A stretch of DNA of 64,000 nucleotides from Oikopleura dioica (lineage: Eukaryota > Animalia > Chordata), in NCBI GenBank assembly GCA_907165135.1, contig OU015568.1:9858001-9922000 (forward strand), in the 5' to 3' direction. The position numbers and the translations under genes were made by a program. Positions 51,471 to 63,975 of this stretch are shown here, piece by piece (position 1 is the first letter of the stretch; the number at the start of each line of letters is the position of its first letter). The notes beneath the pieces are model-generated. The model searched no databases and was not told the DNA's origin. It saw only the letters and a list, made by a program, of their open reading frames with translations.

Positions 51471-52339
51471 ATGAAGCATGTTGTTGTCACAGGGTACGGG
51501 CCGTTTTGCTCGAAAGCAGAAGATAAGGCAACGCAGTTTGACATAAATCCTTCATGGGCAGGGCTCCAACATTTGGAACGCAGGATATTTTCTGAAGGAA
51601 GTAAAAATGATGAGCCCTGTTTTGGGAAGCAGTGAAACTTCTGCCAAAAATCTGGGATCGACAGGACATTCAGTTGAAGATTCGCGAAGTAGAAGGAAAA
51701 GGAGGAAAAAGAGAGTCAGAATGAATATAAGAGAGGAATCTTTTTAACCCTGAAAAGTAAGCTACGAAGCAGTTGACGCATGCGTAGAAGAGATCTGGCA
51801 GAGCCCAGAAGAGCCCCTTTTCGTGATGCATGTTGGCGTAGCCGGATGCAGACCAAATATATCCATCGAGACAAAGGCAAAAAACGGACCGTATGACAAA
51901 CTCGATGTTTTGAAAAAGAAACGACCGCAGGGCCCATTTGTCGATGGACAAAAAGAGATCAAGACGAGTCTCGACTATGAGAAATGTATCGAAATAGCAC
52001 AGAATTCTCGCTTGGAAACATCAGACGATGCTGGATTGTATTTATGGTATAATTGCGAGCGAGCATCTCCAATTTTCAACTCTCTAAATTTTATTTTTGT
52101 AGCGAGTACATTTACTATTCCAGCCTGCGGAAAAGCTTAGAAATGAAAGCAACATGTGTTTTTGTACACGGGACGGCTCAGATACTCCTATAAATAGACA
52201 GTGAAAAATGCGTAGTCAAAATTCTTTTGTACAAAATACACAGCCGATAAAAGTCCCGAAAATTGAAGCAATTACTTCTGAAGAAGTTTCAAAGTGCCTC
52301 GAGTCGATTATTACTACTCATCTGGATACGATTCTGTGA
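51471..52339 (+). CDS. PGPEP1: Pyroglutamyl-peptidase I (C15)
   Basis: VVVTGYGPF...INPSW, MHVGVA, SIE (Glu), SDDAGLYL|CEYIYYSSL (Cys), CVFVH (His). Confidence 0.88.
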
Positions 52340-52415
52340 TTCCTCTTTTCATCATTCCCATTTCTCTTTATGTTATGAATCTACCCTGTCAGTAGGCGAC
52401 TAAAATTGATTGAGA

Positions 52416-55279
52416 ATGAAATGCGTGATCCTTGTAGCTGGGCATGGAACTCTACTTGAGAATGAAATTCGAGAAAAAGGACCGAAAGAGCTCGTTGGAA
52501 TTCCAAAAGCGTTGCTGCCCGCTGTTGGAAAGAAAAAGATTCTCGATATTTGGTGGAAAATCGTCAACCAGCGAACGCTCTTTTCCGACGTTTATTTGGT
52601 CACGAATGCCGATAAGGAATGTTCGCAAAATATAGAATCTTAAGAAGATCTTTTTTTTTTGAAGAATTTTTTGTAGAATTGACTTGAGTACAAATATTAC
52701 GAACGATGGGCTACCGCAAACGACTTTCCAGTCAGCAATATCATCAATGACGGCAGCACCTCATCCCAAAACGCACTTGGAGCAGTAGAAGACCTCCAGC
52801 TTGTGCTCAAGTGAGTGAAAATGTGAAATTTTCATCAAATAACGCATACTGATGAGCTTAATTGACGCAAAACACGGGTGTTCGGATGCAGACTTGGGCT
52901 GCTTTGTTCTCATTTTGACGTGAAATCTGCGATATCTTTCGTCATCGACGGAATAATTTAAAATAATTTCAGTACTGTCGAAATCTCGGAAGACGTACTA
53001 GTTGTGGCTGGAGATATGCTTTTCGAAGAGAAATCGGTAGATATGGCACAAATCATTCGATTTTATTGAAGGTTCTTTAATTTTAATTAATGCAAGTCTA
53101 CATTCCAAGAAATCATGGAATTTCGCGGACGGAAAATCGACGAAATGTATTGAACCAAATAAGAGACGCAGCTCTGCGAGAAATCTAAAGAACCAGACAA
53201 ACCCACCAACTTATCGATGTATTATGAAATGGGAAAGAACGAAAGTACCCAGACTCGAGGGATTATCGAAGTAGACGATTCTGGGAGAATCACGAAATTG
53301 GCCGAGAAACCTTCTCAAACTGAAACTTCCTCGAGGTTCGGAAACTGGAGAAAGTTTTGAATTTATGATTTTTTAGACTTGCTTCAGTTGTCTTCTACGT
53401 TTTCTCAAGAAAAACTCTGAATTCATTACCAGAGTATCTCAGGAATGGTCTTTATTATAAGTTATAATTTATAACTTATAATTTATAAGGAAAGTTCTTA
53501 CATACTGAAATGTTATTATACAATCTATGAAACTTATTCTTTAATGTAAAACAAACTGCTGAATTTGTTTTATATTGTCCAAGAATAAGAAATCATGTAC
53601 TTGAGTATAACTTGTTCTCTTTGAAAGAAAAGAACTAGGGCGTCTTCAAAGATATTTCATAATTGAAAGTCCAATTAAGAAAAGCGACAACGCCCGATTC
53701 TAAAAGCTTTGGAAACTACTTATCCTGGTTAATTTCGCAAGAAAAAAGCGCTTTCTACGGACTAAAGATCCCAACGCGATTCAGCCTTATAGGAAAAAAC
53801 GTTGGCCTTGCTGAATATCAAGAATGGGTCGCCTATTTTCAGAATAAGAAGAACGATGCAACGAGTAATCAAAGCTTCACGGCAAGGACATATGCGCGTG
53901 TTGGGTTGATGGGAAATCCGTCCGATGGCTTCTTTGGAAAGACAATTGCGTTGTCGATTAAAAACTTTTGGGCGAGTGCGAGTATTCGAGAATCCCCAAC
54001 GCTGAATCTTATTCCTCATCCTTTGAATGATCCTACATCGTTTGGGCAGGGATAGACCGGTTAGTTAGAGCATTATAAAATAATACATTTATTGCCAATC
54101 ATCTCTTGTCGTTTTCTCTTTTTGTCGATTATCTAAGCTGATTTATGAATGTCATAATCTTCTAACCAGCAATAATTATTAATTTTAATCTTTGATACGT
54201 AGTAAATAGTCTTTTTTTACAATTTTATCCCACTTGTTAGATCAATGGCAGATCTCCATGCTATAAGCTGCCGAGAAGGGTACTTTGGCGGGCTGCGGCT
54301 TCTGCAGGCCACATGCAAAAGCTTTTACAGCTACTGCCATCGAAACGGAATAGGTAAGTGAACTGAATTCGATTCAATTGAACATCTATTGGAGCCCTTT
54401 CCCGAAAGAACTTCACCTTGAGCTACGATACAAATATCCCTCGCCAAGTCGGCCTCGCTGGGTCTTCTGCAATCGTAACTTCAACCCTCAAATGTCTGAT
54501 GAACTTCTTCAATCTCACTGACAGCGATCTACCAAAACCAAAACGAGCATCATTAGCATTGGACGTAGAAACATCCGAGCTGTTCATCCAAGCTGGCCTC
54601 CAAGACAGAGTCGTTCAGACTTATGAAGGCCTGGTTGACATGGATTTTGCGAAGGAACTTGTGGAGAAACAAGGATATGGGAATTATGAAAATTTGCATG
54701 TTCAAAATCTGCCTACATTCTTTCTTGTTTATTGTCCAAACCCGTCTGATTCTGGGAAGATTCATTCGAACGTCAAGCATCGTTGGCTCTCCGGCGATCA
54801 GGAAGTCATCGATGGGATGAACAATTTCAGGTCAGTAGCAATAAACAACAAATTGAAAAAGTAATCATTCGTTCGCTTATACTTTGCTCTAGAAACTTCA
54901 CAACAAATGCAAGGAAGGCGATCGAGTCCGAAAACTGGGAGGAATTACAAAAACTGATGAATCAAAACTTTGAGCAAAGACGAAAGTTGTACGGCGATGC
55001 TTGTTTGGGCGACGATAATTTGAACATGATCTCAATCGCAAGAAAATTTGGCGCCTCAGCTAAGTTTTCCGGCTCTGGTGGAGCGATTGTCGGACTTTTA
55101 CTAGAGAAGCAGCGGGAGATTGAAATGAAAGAAACATATCAGGTGATTGTTACATTTCTTTACATTAGTCTTTACAAAAGTAGTATATATTTTAGTTGCC
55201 TCTAATCAATATATTTTAGAAACATGGATATGTTTATGTACAAATAATTCCCCACTTTCCTGAAGCCAGCATGGATTAG
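52416..55279 (+). CDS. Nucleotidyltransferase-glucuronokinase (GHMP kinase) fusion, gkup-like
   Basis: N-terminal CVILVAGHGT..PKALLP, VVAGDMLF. Kinase ARVGLMGNPSDGFFGKT, IPRQVGLAGSSAIV, AGLQDRVVQTYEGLV, AKFSGSGGAIVG. Confidence 0.9.
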
Positions 55280-55545
55280 CATAAGCTTCTTTCTAGTCAA
55301 CTCTTACCTTTATTCTGTAGCGGGAATATTTATAAATTATAATATTCATCAAGAAATTCGAATCATTGTGCAATTTTGAAACTCTGCCATATATTTACCA
55401 TATTCTTCATCCTTGATTCCAACGATAATTAAAACATAAGCGGAAAATATCGGAAATTTGAATTTTTAGTCGTTTTATTATTCGTTTGAAGAAAATGTAC
55501 AGTTTTAAATTAGTTAGAGTAATGGAAACAGAGAGAGAAAGTGAT

Positions 55546-55974
55546 TTAGCAGTCGGAAAATTCATCACTAGAAATGTTCGAGTGCTCAGAAGCGGCTTGC
55601 TCTCGAGCCTTTCTGAGCTTGATTCGTCGGTTTTGGAACCAGTACTGGATTGATTTAGCATCAAGCTTCATCATTTGAGCGAGTTTGACGCGGAGATGTC
55701 GGTCAGGGTACTTGGTCGTCTTGAAGACTTCTTCCAGGTGGTTGAGCTGGAGCGAGTTGAATTGAGTGCGGCGGTTTCGACTGTTGAGTGAATTTTGAAG
55801 GTTTTCTTTTGGCGAAATTGATTCTTGCTTTTGTTGGAGAGGAACATCCACAGATTTGATGAGTTGTCGAGCGAGACAGGGAATGGTTATGAGAGGCACA
55901 GCAGCGGCGTATTTGATTTCCTCCCATCGGAGGATTCGGTCGATTCCGAAGGCGAGTTCGATAGAGTTGACCAT
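55546..55974 (-). CDS. Single-exon PRD-class (Q50) homeobox protein with N-terminal eh1 motif
   Basis: LAFGIDRIL (FxIxxIL). Homeodomain RNRRTQFNSLQLNHLEEVFKTTKYPDRHLRVKLAQMMKLDAKSIQYWFQNRRIKLRK. Confidence 0.88.
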   Translation of the reverse strand: MVNSIELAFGIDRILRWEEIKYAAAVPLITIPCLARQLIKSVDVPLQQKQESISPKENLQNSLNSRNRRTQFNSLQLNHLEEVFKTTKYPDRHLRVKLAQMMKLDAKSIQYWFQNRRIKLRKAREQAASEHSNISSDEFSDC

Positions 55975-57010
55975 TTTTGGATTGGTTGGATGTTTAATTT
56001 ACTATTCGAGCTGTTTAAGTTTTGATTGTGATGTTACGGTTGTCGACGGTGACTTTATACGATCTCGCGGCGCTCAGATGATGGCGCCAAATTGCGAAGG
56101 AGGGTGGGACAGGCGGCGCCAAAATTGAACTATCTGCTACACCAGATGGCCCAATTTGCATTGACGCTGATCACCGCCACTCGTTGCAGCCAGTCGGTAG
56201 ATCCATATCACTTGTCTCTGATCTTCACACCTTGAACTCGTTATATTTCCATCATTCTTGTTGTAGTTCTGTAGTTTTTGCGTCATCGCGGTAGATGCTC
56301 CGAGCTCCTTAGGATGGTAATTTGAATTTCTAATTTTAATGTATCTTATAAAATAATAAACAACAACAAGAAAATAGTAAAGAGTTCTCGTAATTTCTTA
56401 TCAATCCCATTTCGATAGCTATGCCTAATAGACATACAAAGAACATAATGTAAGAACATAATGTAACAAAATTTATGTTCTTACTAATAAGTTTTGACAA
56501 ACCAGAGTCGTTTCGAGGGAACTGCTTTCGAAAGTCTCTAAACTTCAGAGGAGAGAGGCCCAATAGGCCAATTGCCTATCGGCAATAGGCCCGAGGTTTT
56601 GAATCCCCAAAACTTCAATTTCCGTATTTTTAGTCAAGGGGCATTAATAATGTCGCATTATTCAAAGAGATATTGTTTGAGAAATATCTGATGGGGACAT
56701 TTTCTTCACTAAAAATGTCCAGGGAAGATCAAATAATTGGCGTGACCGTGTGAAGTACTCTAAGATGCATTATGCGCAGGTAGATCAGAAATCGATGCGA
56801 AGCGCGATTGCAATCAGCGATCACCTGGGCTTGGAAGTGATGCAAATTCGTGATTTTTGTTCGTTTACAAATTGCAGATTACTATCAGCTGCTCCGAAAC
56901 TAGTTCACAGGGCCTTCTTTACTTTTCTCTTTCTGCTCACCTGTCGGGATGCTTGTCATTTGCATAACCTAATTTATAATTTTTAAGAAATTCGTGAAGG
57001 ACATCGAAAA

Positions 57011-59973
57011 ATGACGGGTGTGAATATGAACAAGGCCGGAATGGAAGGAGCTCCGAAAGAAGAAATAAACCGTATTTACGAAGAGTGCACAAAAAATAGC
57101 GATTTTACAAAGAAACAAAAAGAGCAAGAACAAAAATATATCGATTATGCTCTAATTGTAAAACAACGAGTTGAAATTGCTAGCCCCGATGAAATCGAGA
57201 GTGCACGAAAAACTATGCAAGAAGCGGTTAAACGAGCGAGAGAGGGCTTGGACTTTAGTAGAGTGCTGGTTCATGTGGGCAAGGATAGAAATATGTTATG
57301 TATATTTTTATGTTCAAAACGTTATTATTTACGAACCTTTGATCAGGATTGATATAAGTAGAAATGTAGATAGACATTTTTACGTGCAGGTGGATCAAAG
57401 TAAAATATCAGAATGTAGATCATAATTTCAGGGTGTCTAAATTGGACAAAATTTCCGGGTCTGGCCGACCATTTTCCGGCCAATAATTTTTTTTCGGGTT
57501 TGAACCGGCCAAAATCCAATCCAATTCCAATTTAGCCCAATAATCCAATAATTAGCCAATTATAATATTCACCAATCTAGCCAATTTTCCAATTATTTTC
57601 CGATTCCAATAAAAATCCGAATCCGATAAAAATCCGACAAAAATTACCTCCCAAAAATTTTTCCGATTTATATAATCATATTTCTTCTCTAACAAACTAA
57701 AGAAAAGACTTTAAAAATTGCTCTTTGGACCCAAACGTACACTTATTCCACTAATTGTAGCCATTATTCGGTAAAATTTAGGAGTATTTTGGTTAAAATT
57801 TGATCAAAACGGCTGATTCGGCTGGTTGCCCAACAATTTTCCAGTATTCCAATATATTTTCGCCGCCAATTTGCCCATTTTAGCCCCGATTTCCAATTTA
57901 TCCCAACTATCCAATAATGCCCAATAATCCGAAATATCCAACAAAAACCGGGGCCAGATCCAACCAATTTCCGGCTATTTTCCAAAATAGGCCAATCCAA
58001 CTATCCAATCCAATTTTGTCCGTCCAAATTAGACACCCTGATAATTTAAAGAGATAATTATTACCTTCAAAATTTTACAACATCTATCCTTTGAAGATAT
58101 GGACATGTTCTTTGCAGCAGTTGAAGAGCTCGATGATCCAACATTGAAAGAAAAGATATTCGCCGTTGGTTCTATGGGAATGCTCTGCACTTCGAACTAC
58201 AGGGCGCGTAAATACGGAATTCGCGCTGGAATGCCTGGCTTTATCGGAGCAAAGCTCGCTGAAAAGTTGGCAAAAGAAAAGCTTCATCTTGTGCCGACCC
58301 GGCATGATCGATACGCTGAGGTTTCGAAGCAGGCGCAGGAAGTTTTTGGACAGTACGATTCGAACTTCGCGATGATGTCTCTTGACGAAGCGTACATGGA
58401 TTTCACCGAGCACTTAGAAGCTCGACTGACGATGACTGATGAACAAAAAACCTTCGATAATGTTCTCTACGGGAACGACATCGAATCAGCAGTTAAAGAA
58501 ATGAGACATCGTGTGTTTTTAGCGACAGGCTTGACCTGCTCCGCTGGATACGGGCCAAACGTGATGGTGTCGAAAATTGCGTCTGATATGAACAAACCAA
58601 ATGGTCAATTCGCAGTTGCACATGATGAAAACTCAGTTCTTGAGTTTCTACGGCCCCTTGCCATTAGAAAAATTCCCGGAATAGGGAAACGACAAAACTT
58701 GCTCCTGAAAACTGCGTTAGATATAAATACTGTTGGAGATTTGGTGGATAAGCAACATTTTCTTCCATTTTTGCATGAAGACGGTGGCAGCTCTCATGGC
58801 TTTCTTGCAAGTGTTATTGCCGGATATAGTAGTGCGTTTGTGCCACAGAGTGGACCTCAAAAATCGAGAGGGAAAGAGAGCTCTTTTCAGGCAACAAGAA
58901 AGAGTTCAATATTCTTCTTTTTTCATTTTGTTGAAGCAAAATCATGAACTCCCAAAAAGTGATGTTGATACACTTCTTAAAATCCTCCGCGAGCTATCTG
59001 AACAGCTCGGCGATCATTGCAAAAAGGCTGAAGTCTCCGGAGCTGGTTTCACGCTCAAAGTCAAAACTGACAAATTCGATCTTTTCACGCGATCAAAGAA
59101 TTTGCCGAGAGCCATCAACGACGGGGAAGAGATATTCAAGATTGCAGAGAAGATGTTTATGAAAGAGTTTGGCGGGGAAGGCCGAAAATACAGACTTCTT
59201 GGAGTTTCGCTGAAAGATTTTAAGGAGAAGAGTGATAATAGAATGATAACGTCGTTTTTCGAAGCTTCTGAAAATAAAAACAAAGGTATTAGCAATGCTG
59301 GAGAACATGGTTACATCTATTTTTAGAGAAAGAAAAGGATGAAGCTGTATTTTGGACGAAAACTTCACCACAACAAGCGGCAAATGAGCGCGTTCCTTTG
59401 AAAGAAAGCAGGCCGAATTTTTGGAATCTTCCCGAGAACGATGAAAATGTATCTTCAAAAGCAACGCGAAAAACTAATAGCCCTAAAAAATCGCCAGCAA
59501 AGTTCGTCAGAAGAACGAATTTGCCCTTATCGTCAAAGCCAGGGCCGTCAAGAGTTATTGATCTTGAGGATTTCTCTGACGATTCTCGAGGTTCAACCAT
59601 TTCAACTGGCGGACGACCGAATTTTTGGAACTTGCCGCATGAAAATCAAGCTGACGAGCCTGGTCCTTCCACCAGCAATGCTAGAGCCGTCGAGATTGAC
59701 TATATTTCTGATGATTCAAGGAGCTCCACAATATCAAATCTTTCTTCATGCTCGTCAACATTGCTGATCAAAAAAAGAACAACGATGAGCAGAGAAGTGC
59801 CAAAGCTCGTTGAAGAGTACCAAAATATGGGAGAAGAAGCCTTACAAACTCGCCTGGAAGATATTATTTGCCCAGAAGAGCTAGAGGAGTTAAGAAAATT
59901 TCAAAACGAAGCTCCCAAGCCGACCATTTACGGTAAACAAGTTTTGATTGACCAGGAGTTAAAATCTATTTAG
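57011..59973 (+). CDS. POLK: DNA polymerase kappa (Y family, DinB)
   Basis: N-clasp MNKAGMEG, VHV|DMDMFFAAVE, CTSNYRARKYGIRAGMPGFIG, MSLDEAYMD, SKIASDMNKPNGQF, RKIPGIGK, little finger TLKVKTDKF...RLLGVSL. Confidence 0.95.
57429..58040. mobile_element. 612-bp non-autonomous DNA element, TIR CAGGGTGTCTAA.TTGGAC, 7-bp TSD ATAATTT, in POLK intron
   Basis: ATAATTT at 57422-57428 and 58041-58047 flanks inverted ends CAGGGTGTCTAAATTGGAC / GTCCAAATTAGACACCCTG. Interior rich in CCAAT/AATCC repeats. Confidence 0.88.
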
Positions 59974-60710
59974 TAAAACCAAAAACTGATCAATCAAAAA
60001 AATCCAAGCCAAAACCAACTTCAAGAAAAGCCACAAAGAAGAGTCCCAGTACAAAGAAAACCCTCCCAAAAACTTCCATAAAGGACAGTGCAATTTCCAA
60101 AATGTTCCAAAAAGCTCAAAAGCGAAAATCCGACGAAGCCAACTTGACTCAAAACAAGAAACCTCACAATTCATCTACCATTGAAATCTTATCCTGATTC
60201 TTTCATTATTCAACACTTTTCGATAACTTTTTCTTTACATTTTCCCAACTGATAATAAAATTCAAATTATATTCAAAAACGGGATTATGAGCATTTCAAT
60301 TTTGAAAAACTCAGCCTATGTTGAAATCTCTGTGAAAATGAAGCGGGTTTTTAGAAAGCTTTTCTAAGCATGTTTATGACTTTTATGTGAATATCAAGCA
60401 ACTAAAGGATAAGTGCTTAATTAGATCTTGTAATTTTGAAAGACCTAAAGTTCTCATATAAGTATGTAGAAGAATATCAAGCCCAAGCTGAGCAATTTTA
60501 GCAAGAGCAACGATCAAGTCAGCTGCGAAATGTCAAGTAGGCCCGGAGCTACTTTTTTGTCAGATTTTTTTCATCGCAACGGCTTTTTTTTTGTTATTTT
60601 TTTCATCGTCTTCTTACTCAAGGGCGCTCGAAAACTTATCTGACTTGGAGACAGCGAAAAACTCAGTTTCACTTTTCAAAATTTCATCGAAAAAATAGAC
60701 CTTCCAAAGG

Positions 60711-62736
60711 ATGTTTTCTGATTTAACAAAGAACTTCCGCAATTCTTTCAGGAAGATGCGGAAGAGCGAAGAAAGGGTGAGCAAGAGAACGCAGAGCTTG
60801 AACATCAATAGAAGCTACTCCACTGATGCACATATTTATAGCGTCAGTTTTATGGACTGCCAAGAAGCTCAGAATAATTCGATTACGCAGAATAGGTTTG
60901 TTCTGCGGTTCATCGATGCTTATTTACGATAGTTCTTTGCGCAATTTTTGCGCTCGTCTTTGCTTGGAGAATATGAGGCTAATTATTTTATATAGACTTT
61001 AAATAAATACCAAGTAAAATGTTTCTCTTACGAACGGCTATTAATTCTTATATAAATTTTAGAATGGTAGTTTTTTCTTTTATAGTCAAAATACATTTAA
61101 AATTGAGCATAATATGTCACATATTTTATGTGTTATAAAGATCTAAAATATCTTATAAAGATCATAATTATATCATATAACTTATATCAAGTTATTTTTA
61201 TGATCACTTTTGTCTGACAACCTTCAGTTCACCTATTAATTATGTAAGAAAACAATTTGGGAAATTCATTATGAGAGATGCAAATATTGAAACAATTTTA
61301 ATCTCAGTCTAATCACCAAAATACCTCGCCCCAAGCGTCACTAGAAAAATATTTTTCAACGCAATTTTGCGTTAGCGTGAAATCTTCGCGGACAGTTGCT
61401 TTAGATCGCTGAGCGAATTCAAGAAACGAGATAATCCACTGTTGCGAGTCAAATCCTCCTTCTCGCTCGGCAGAATGAGCAAAACCCGGACCTCCACATC
61501 GAGGTAATTCAAATTAGCGTGCGCAGGGGGCGTTTTTGAAAGTACCGCGCGCCGCTCATTGGAGAACGCGAATTTGCGGGACCTTCAAAATTACTTGAAC
61601 GTTTTTTAGTTTTTCTGCAATGTCCGATGTATCACAGCTGAAAAGGAAGGTTAAAATAAGAAAGAGAGAATATCGTAGAAAGCTTCATTTCAACCCTGAT
61701 AAGTATAAAAGGCTACATGCGGGTGAAATTTGGAGATACGGGCTGGAAACGCCACTATGCGATTCTTCACCAGGATACAATTATGCTTTACTCGGAGAAA
61801 TACGACGTTAATCCTGTAATGGAGACTTCCTTGATCGGGAATATTGTCGCTCCGGGAGAAACTTATACAAGAAAGAAACATTCCTTCTGCGTAAAAGGGG
61901 CACATACACATCTTCTTTTCAGGAAAGCTCAAACTGTAAACGCGCAGTTGTATAATTTATAATTATCGTAAAGAACTTCGAAATCGTTAGAGCTATCGTA
62001 AGTTGTAAAGATAAAGAGGATCTGTTCCGCTGGATGAACGCGGTCTCCCTCGCGTCAATAGGCTACGATGCTGACGAATGCAAAACTATTGGAATAAAAA
62101 AAAATAGATACAATTCATGCTCGATTCGGATGAACCGTGGAAGAAAAGTATTCAAAGTTTATTGAAACAATGCTAATGAAATGAATAAACGTAATTTTTT
62201 AAAGCAAAATGCGTCAATTGGAAGTGACGGACAATCGATTTCTTCTAAAGAAGACGATCTCCTGAGCGACATGTCACTTGTTCAAATGAAGATTTCAAGA
62301 GAAGAAACCCTCTTCCGGAAGAACGCGCAAATGCAAAAGTCAAAAAGCACGACATCGGACATCATGAGGCTCGTTGATGTCGTCGATATTACTTCTGGCC
62401 TTACTCGCAAACAGGTAGAAAGTGCTGCGACTATCCTTCCTGAAACTTTCCTAGACAATGAAAAGACGCGCAGAAAACCTTTCCTCCGATCCGAAGCTAA
62501 ACGAGCTCCTCCACAAAAAGCTCCAGCTTGAAAGAGAGCTTCGTTCAATGACGACAGACTTGGAGATAATCGAAAAACTACTCGATGTTCCCCCGACAAA
62601 CGAAATTATTGACGATTTTCTCCAAAAACATGGAGACATAATTCCCAATTTGAAGGGAGAAACGAGCTCCCTAGAAGATTCTCTTTCCAGCCCGCAATCG
62701 GATATTTCCTCAGCTACTGTAGATTCGCTTTGGTAA
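60711..62736 (+). CDS. PH-domain protein with C-terminal coiled coil (CNKSR/IPCEF1-like is a guess)
   Basis: GYMRVKFGDTGWKRHYAILHQDTIMLYS...RKKHSFCVK...DLFRWMNAVSL. C-terminal LHKKLQLERELRSMTTDLEIIEKLLDVP. One apparent frameshift near 62460. Confidence 0.6.
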
Positions 62737-62964
62737 GCAAGTGCTTGTAGTTACATTCAGGCCATCCCAAAAACATAAACTTTCTGTAAAATTGCCATTC
62801 TGCACAAAAAACAAGAAACTCACAAATAAAGAACGGTCGAACTCTTCACAATCGTGCGTCGATTTGTATGTAATTTGATATATTTTGAAATGGAACAGTA
62901 CAGTAAGTGGCAGTCGAAAATTGGTAGAATCTACCAGGTAGATATTTACATCTCTCGCTCTTGT

Positions 62965-63421
62965 CTATTTTTCGAAATATTTCTTTGACTTTGTTGTAGC
63001 GGTTTTCTTTGTGAGCATTCTGTTGTAAGCTCTGGTGACAGCTCTTATGGTCTGGAAATCTATCGGGAAGTGACTGTCAAGTTTCACTTCTTTTTTTGAG
63101 GGACTGCAAGGAGTTTGTCTTGTAGGACTAGCATAAGCTGGTGTTGGTGGTGGAGACGGTGATTCTTGTTTGATTTCAGGTTCCTTGAATTTTGATTGTG
63201 TAGACAAGAGCTGATCGAGATGGTCAATCGCATTTATGCCGCTCCCCTAAAGATATTAAAAAAGGAGATTCTTGAGCACCAACCGTTGGGATAGATTCGA
63301 CCTCCGGGATTTCTTCATTCGAAGATGCCTGTTTCTTCTTGGAGTCCTTCTTTTTCCATCCTCTAAATTTACTTTTTGCTCTTGCTTTTCTTCTCTGTTG
63401 ATATCTGCTCTTAGAACCCAT
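62965..63421 (-). CDS. Small basic, Pro/Ser-rich hypothetical protein (2 exons)
   Basis: MGSKSRYQQRRKARAK... followed by the ORF 62965-63207 segment. No family recognised. Confidence 0.35.
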
Positions 63422-63584
63422 TTTTATGCAAAAGAACAAATCTGAAAATATAAATGTAACAGGTGTGCTCCAACAAAAATGACGAGCGATTTGGAATTAA
63501 ATGTGTATTTTTGTAATTGAACTTTTTTCAGTAAGTGGCAGTGCAGAATCACTCGATATCTACATGTAGCTCTAGCATAATCAT

Positions 63585-63975
63585 CTATTTCTTTGTTTTC
63601 TTTGCAGCGGTCTTCTTCGCAGGCGCCTTCTTCGCTGCCGCTTTTTTCGCCGGTTTGGCCTTTTTCATCGCTGCGATGATCGCTTCCTCGCTACAATTAA
63701 TGACCGTCATTATTAATTCGAAAAAATTTCCTACTCTTCTTCTCCGCTTTCCTCTTCGTCTTCTTCGCCTTCTACGTTTGCCGTCTTTTTCTTCTTTTTG
63801 ACCTTCATTTCGACGGCAAAAGGAACTGGAGCGCTGGATTTATTGTACGCCCTGGTGAGAGCTGCTTTGACTTTGGACTCAACACCTGCAAGTGGCTCCT
63901 TTTTGCCTACCCACTGCGTCAAGTCGAAAATGTTGTCCATGTCATCTTTCGTCAAGCTTGAAACTCATTATTTTA
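63585..63975 (-). CDS. RFC1: Replication factor C subunit 1, C-terminal exons (gene continues beyond the window)
   Basis: LTKDDMDNIFDLTQWVGKKEPLAGVESKVKAALTRAYNK, acidic stretch, then Lys/Ala-rich tail ending KKTKK*. Confidence 0.85.

Noticed and set aside
53462-53489. 14-bp tandem duplication TTATAATTTATAA(C/G), and a 13-bp duplication near 56440-56465
   Set aside because: Two-copy slippage repeats in AT-rich non-coding DNA. Not CRISPR-like (no spacers) and not informative.
62455-62531. Overlapping ORFs in the PH gene as two genes
   Set aside because: Better explained by one indel in an A-run joining them into a single frame.
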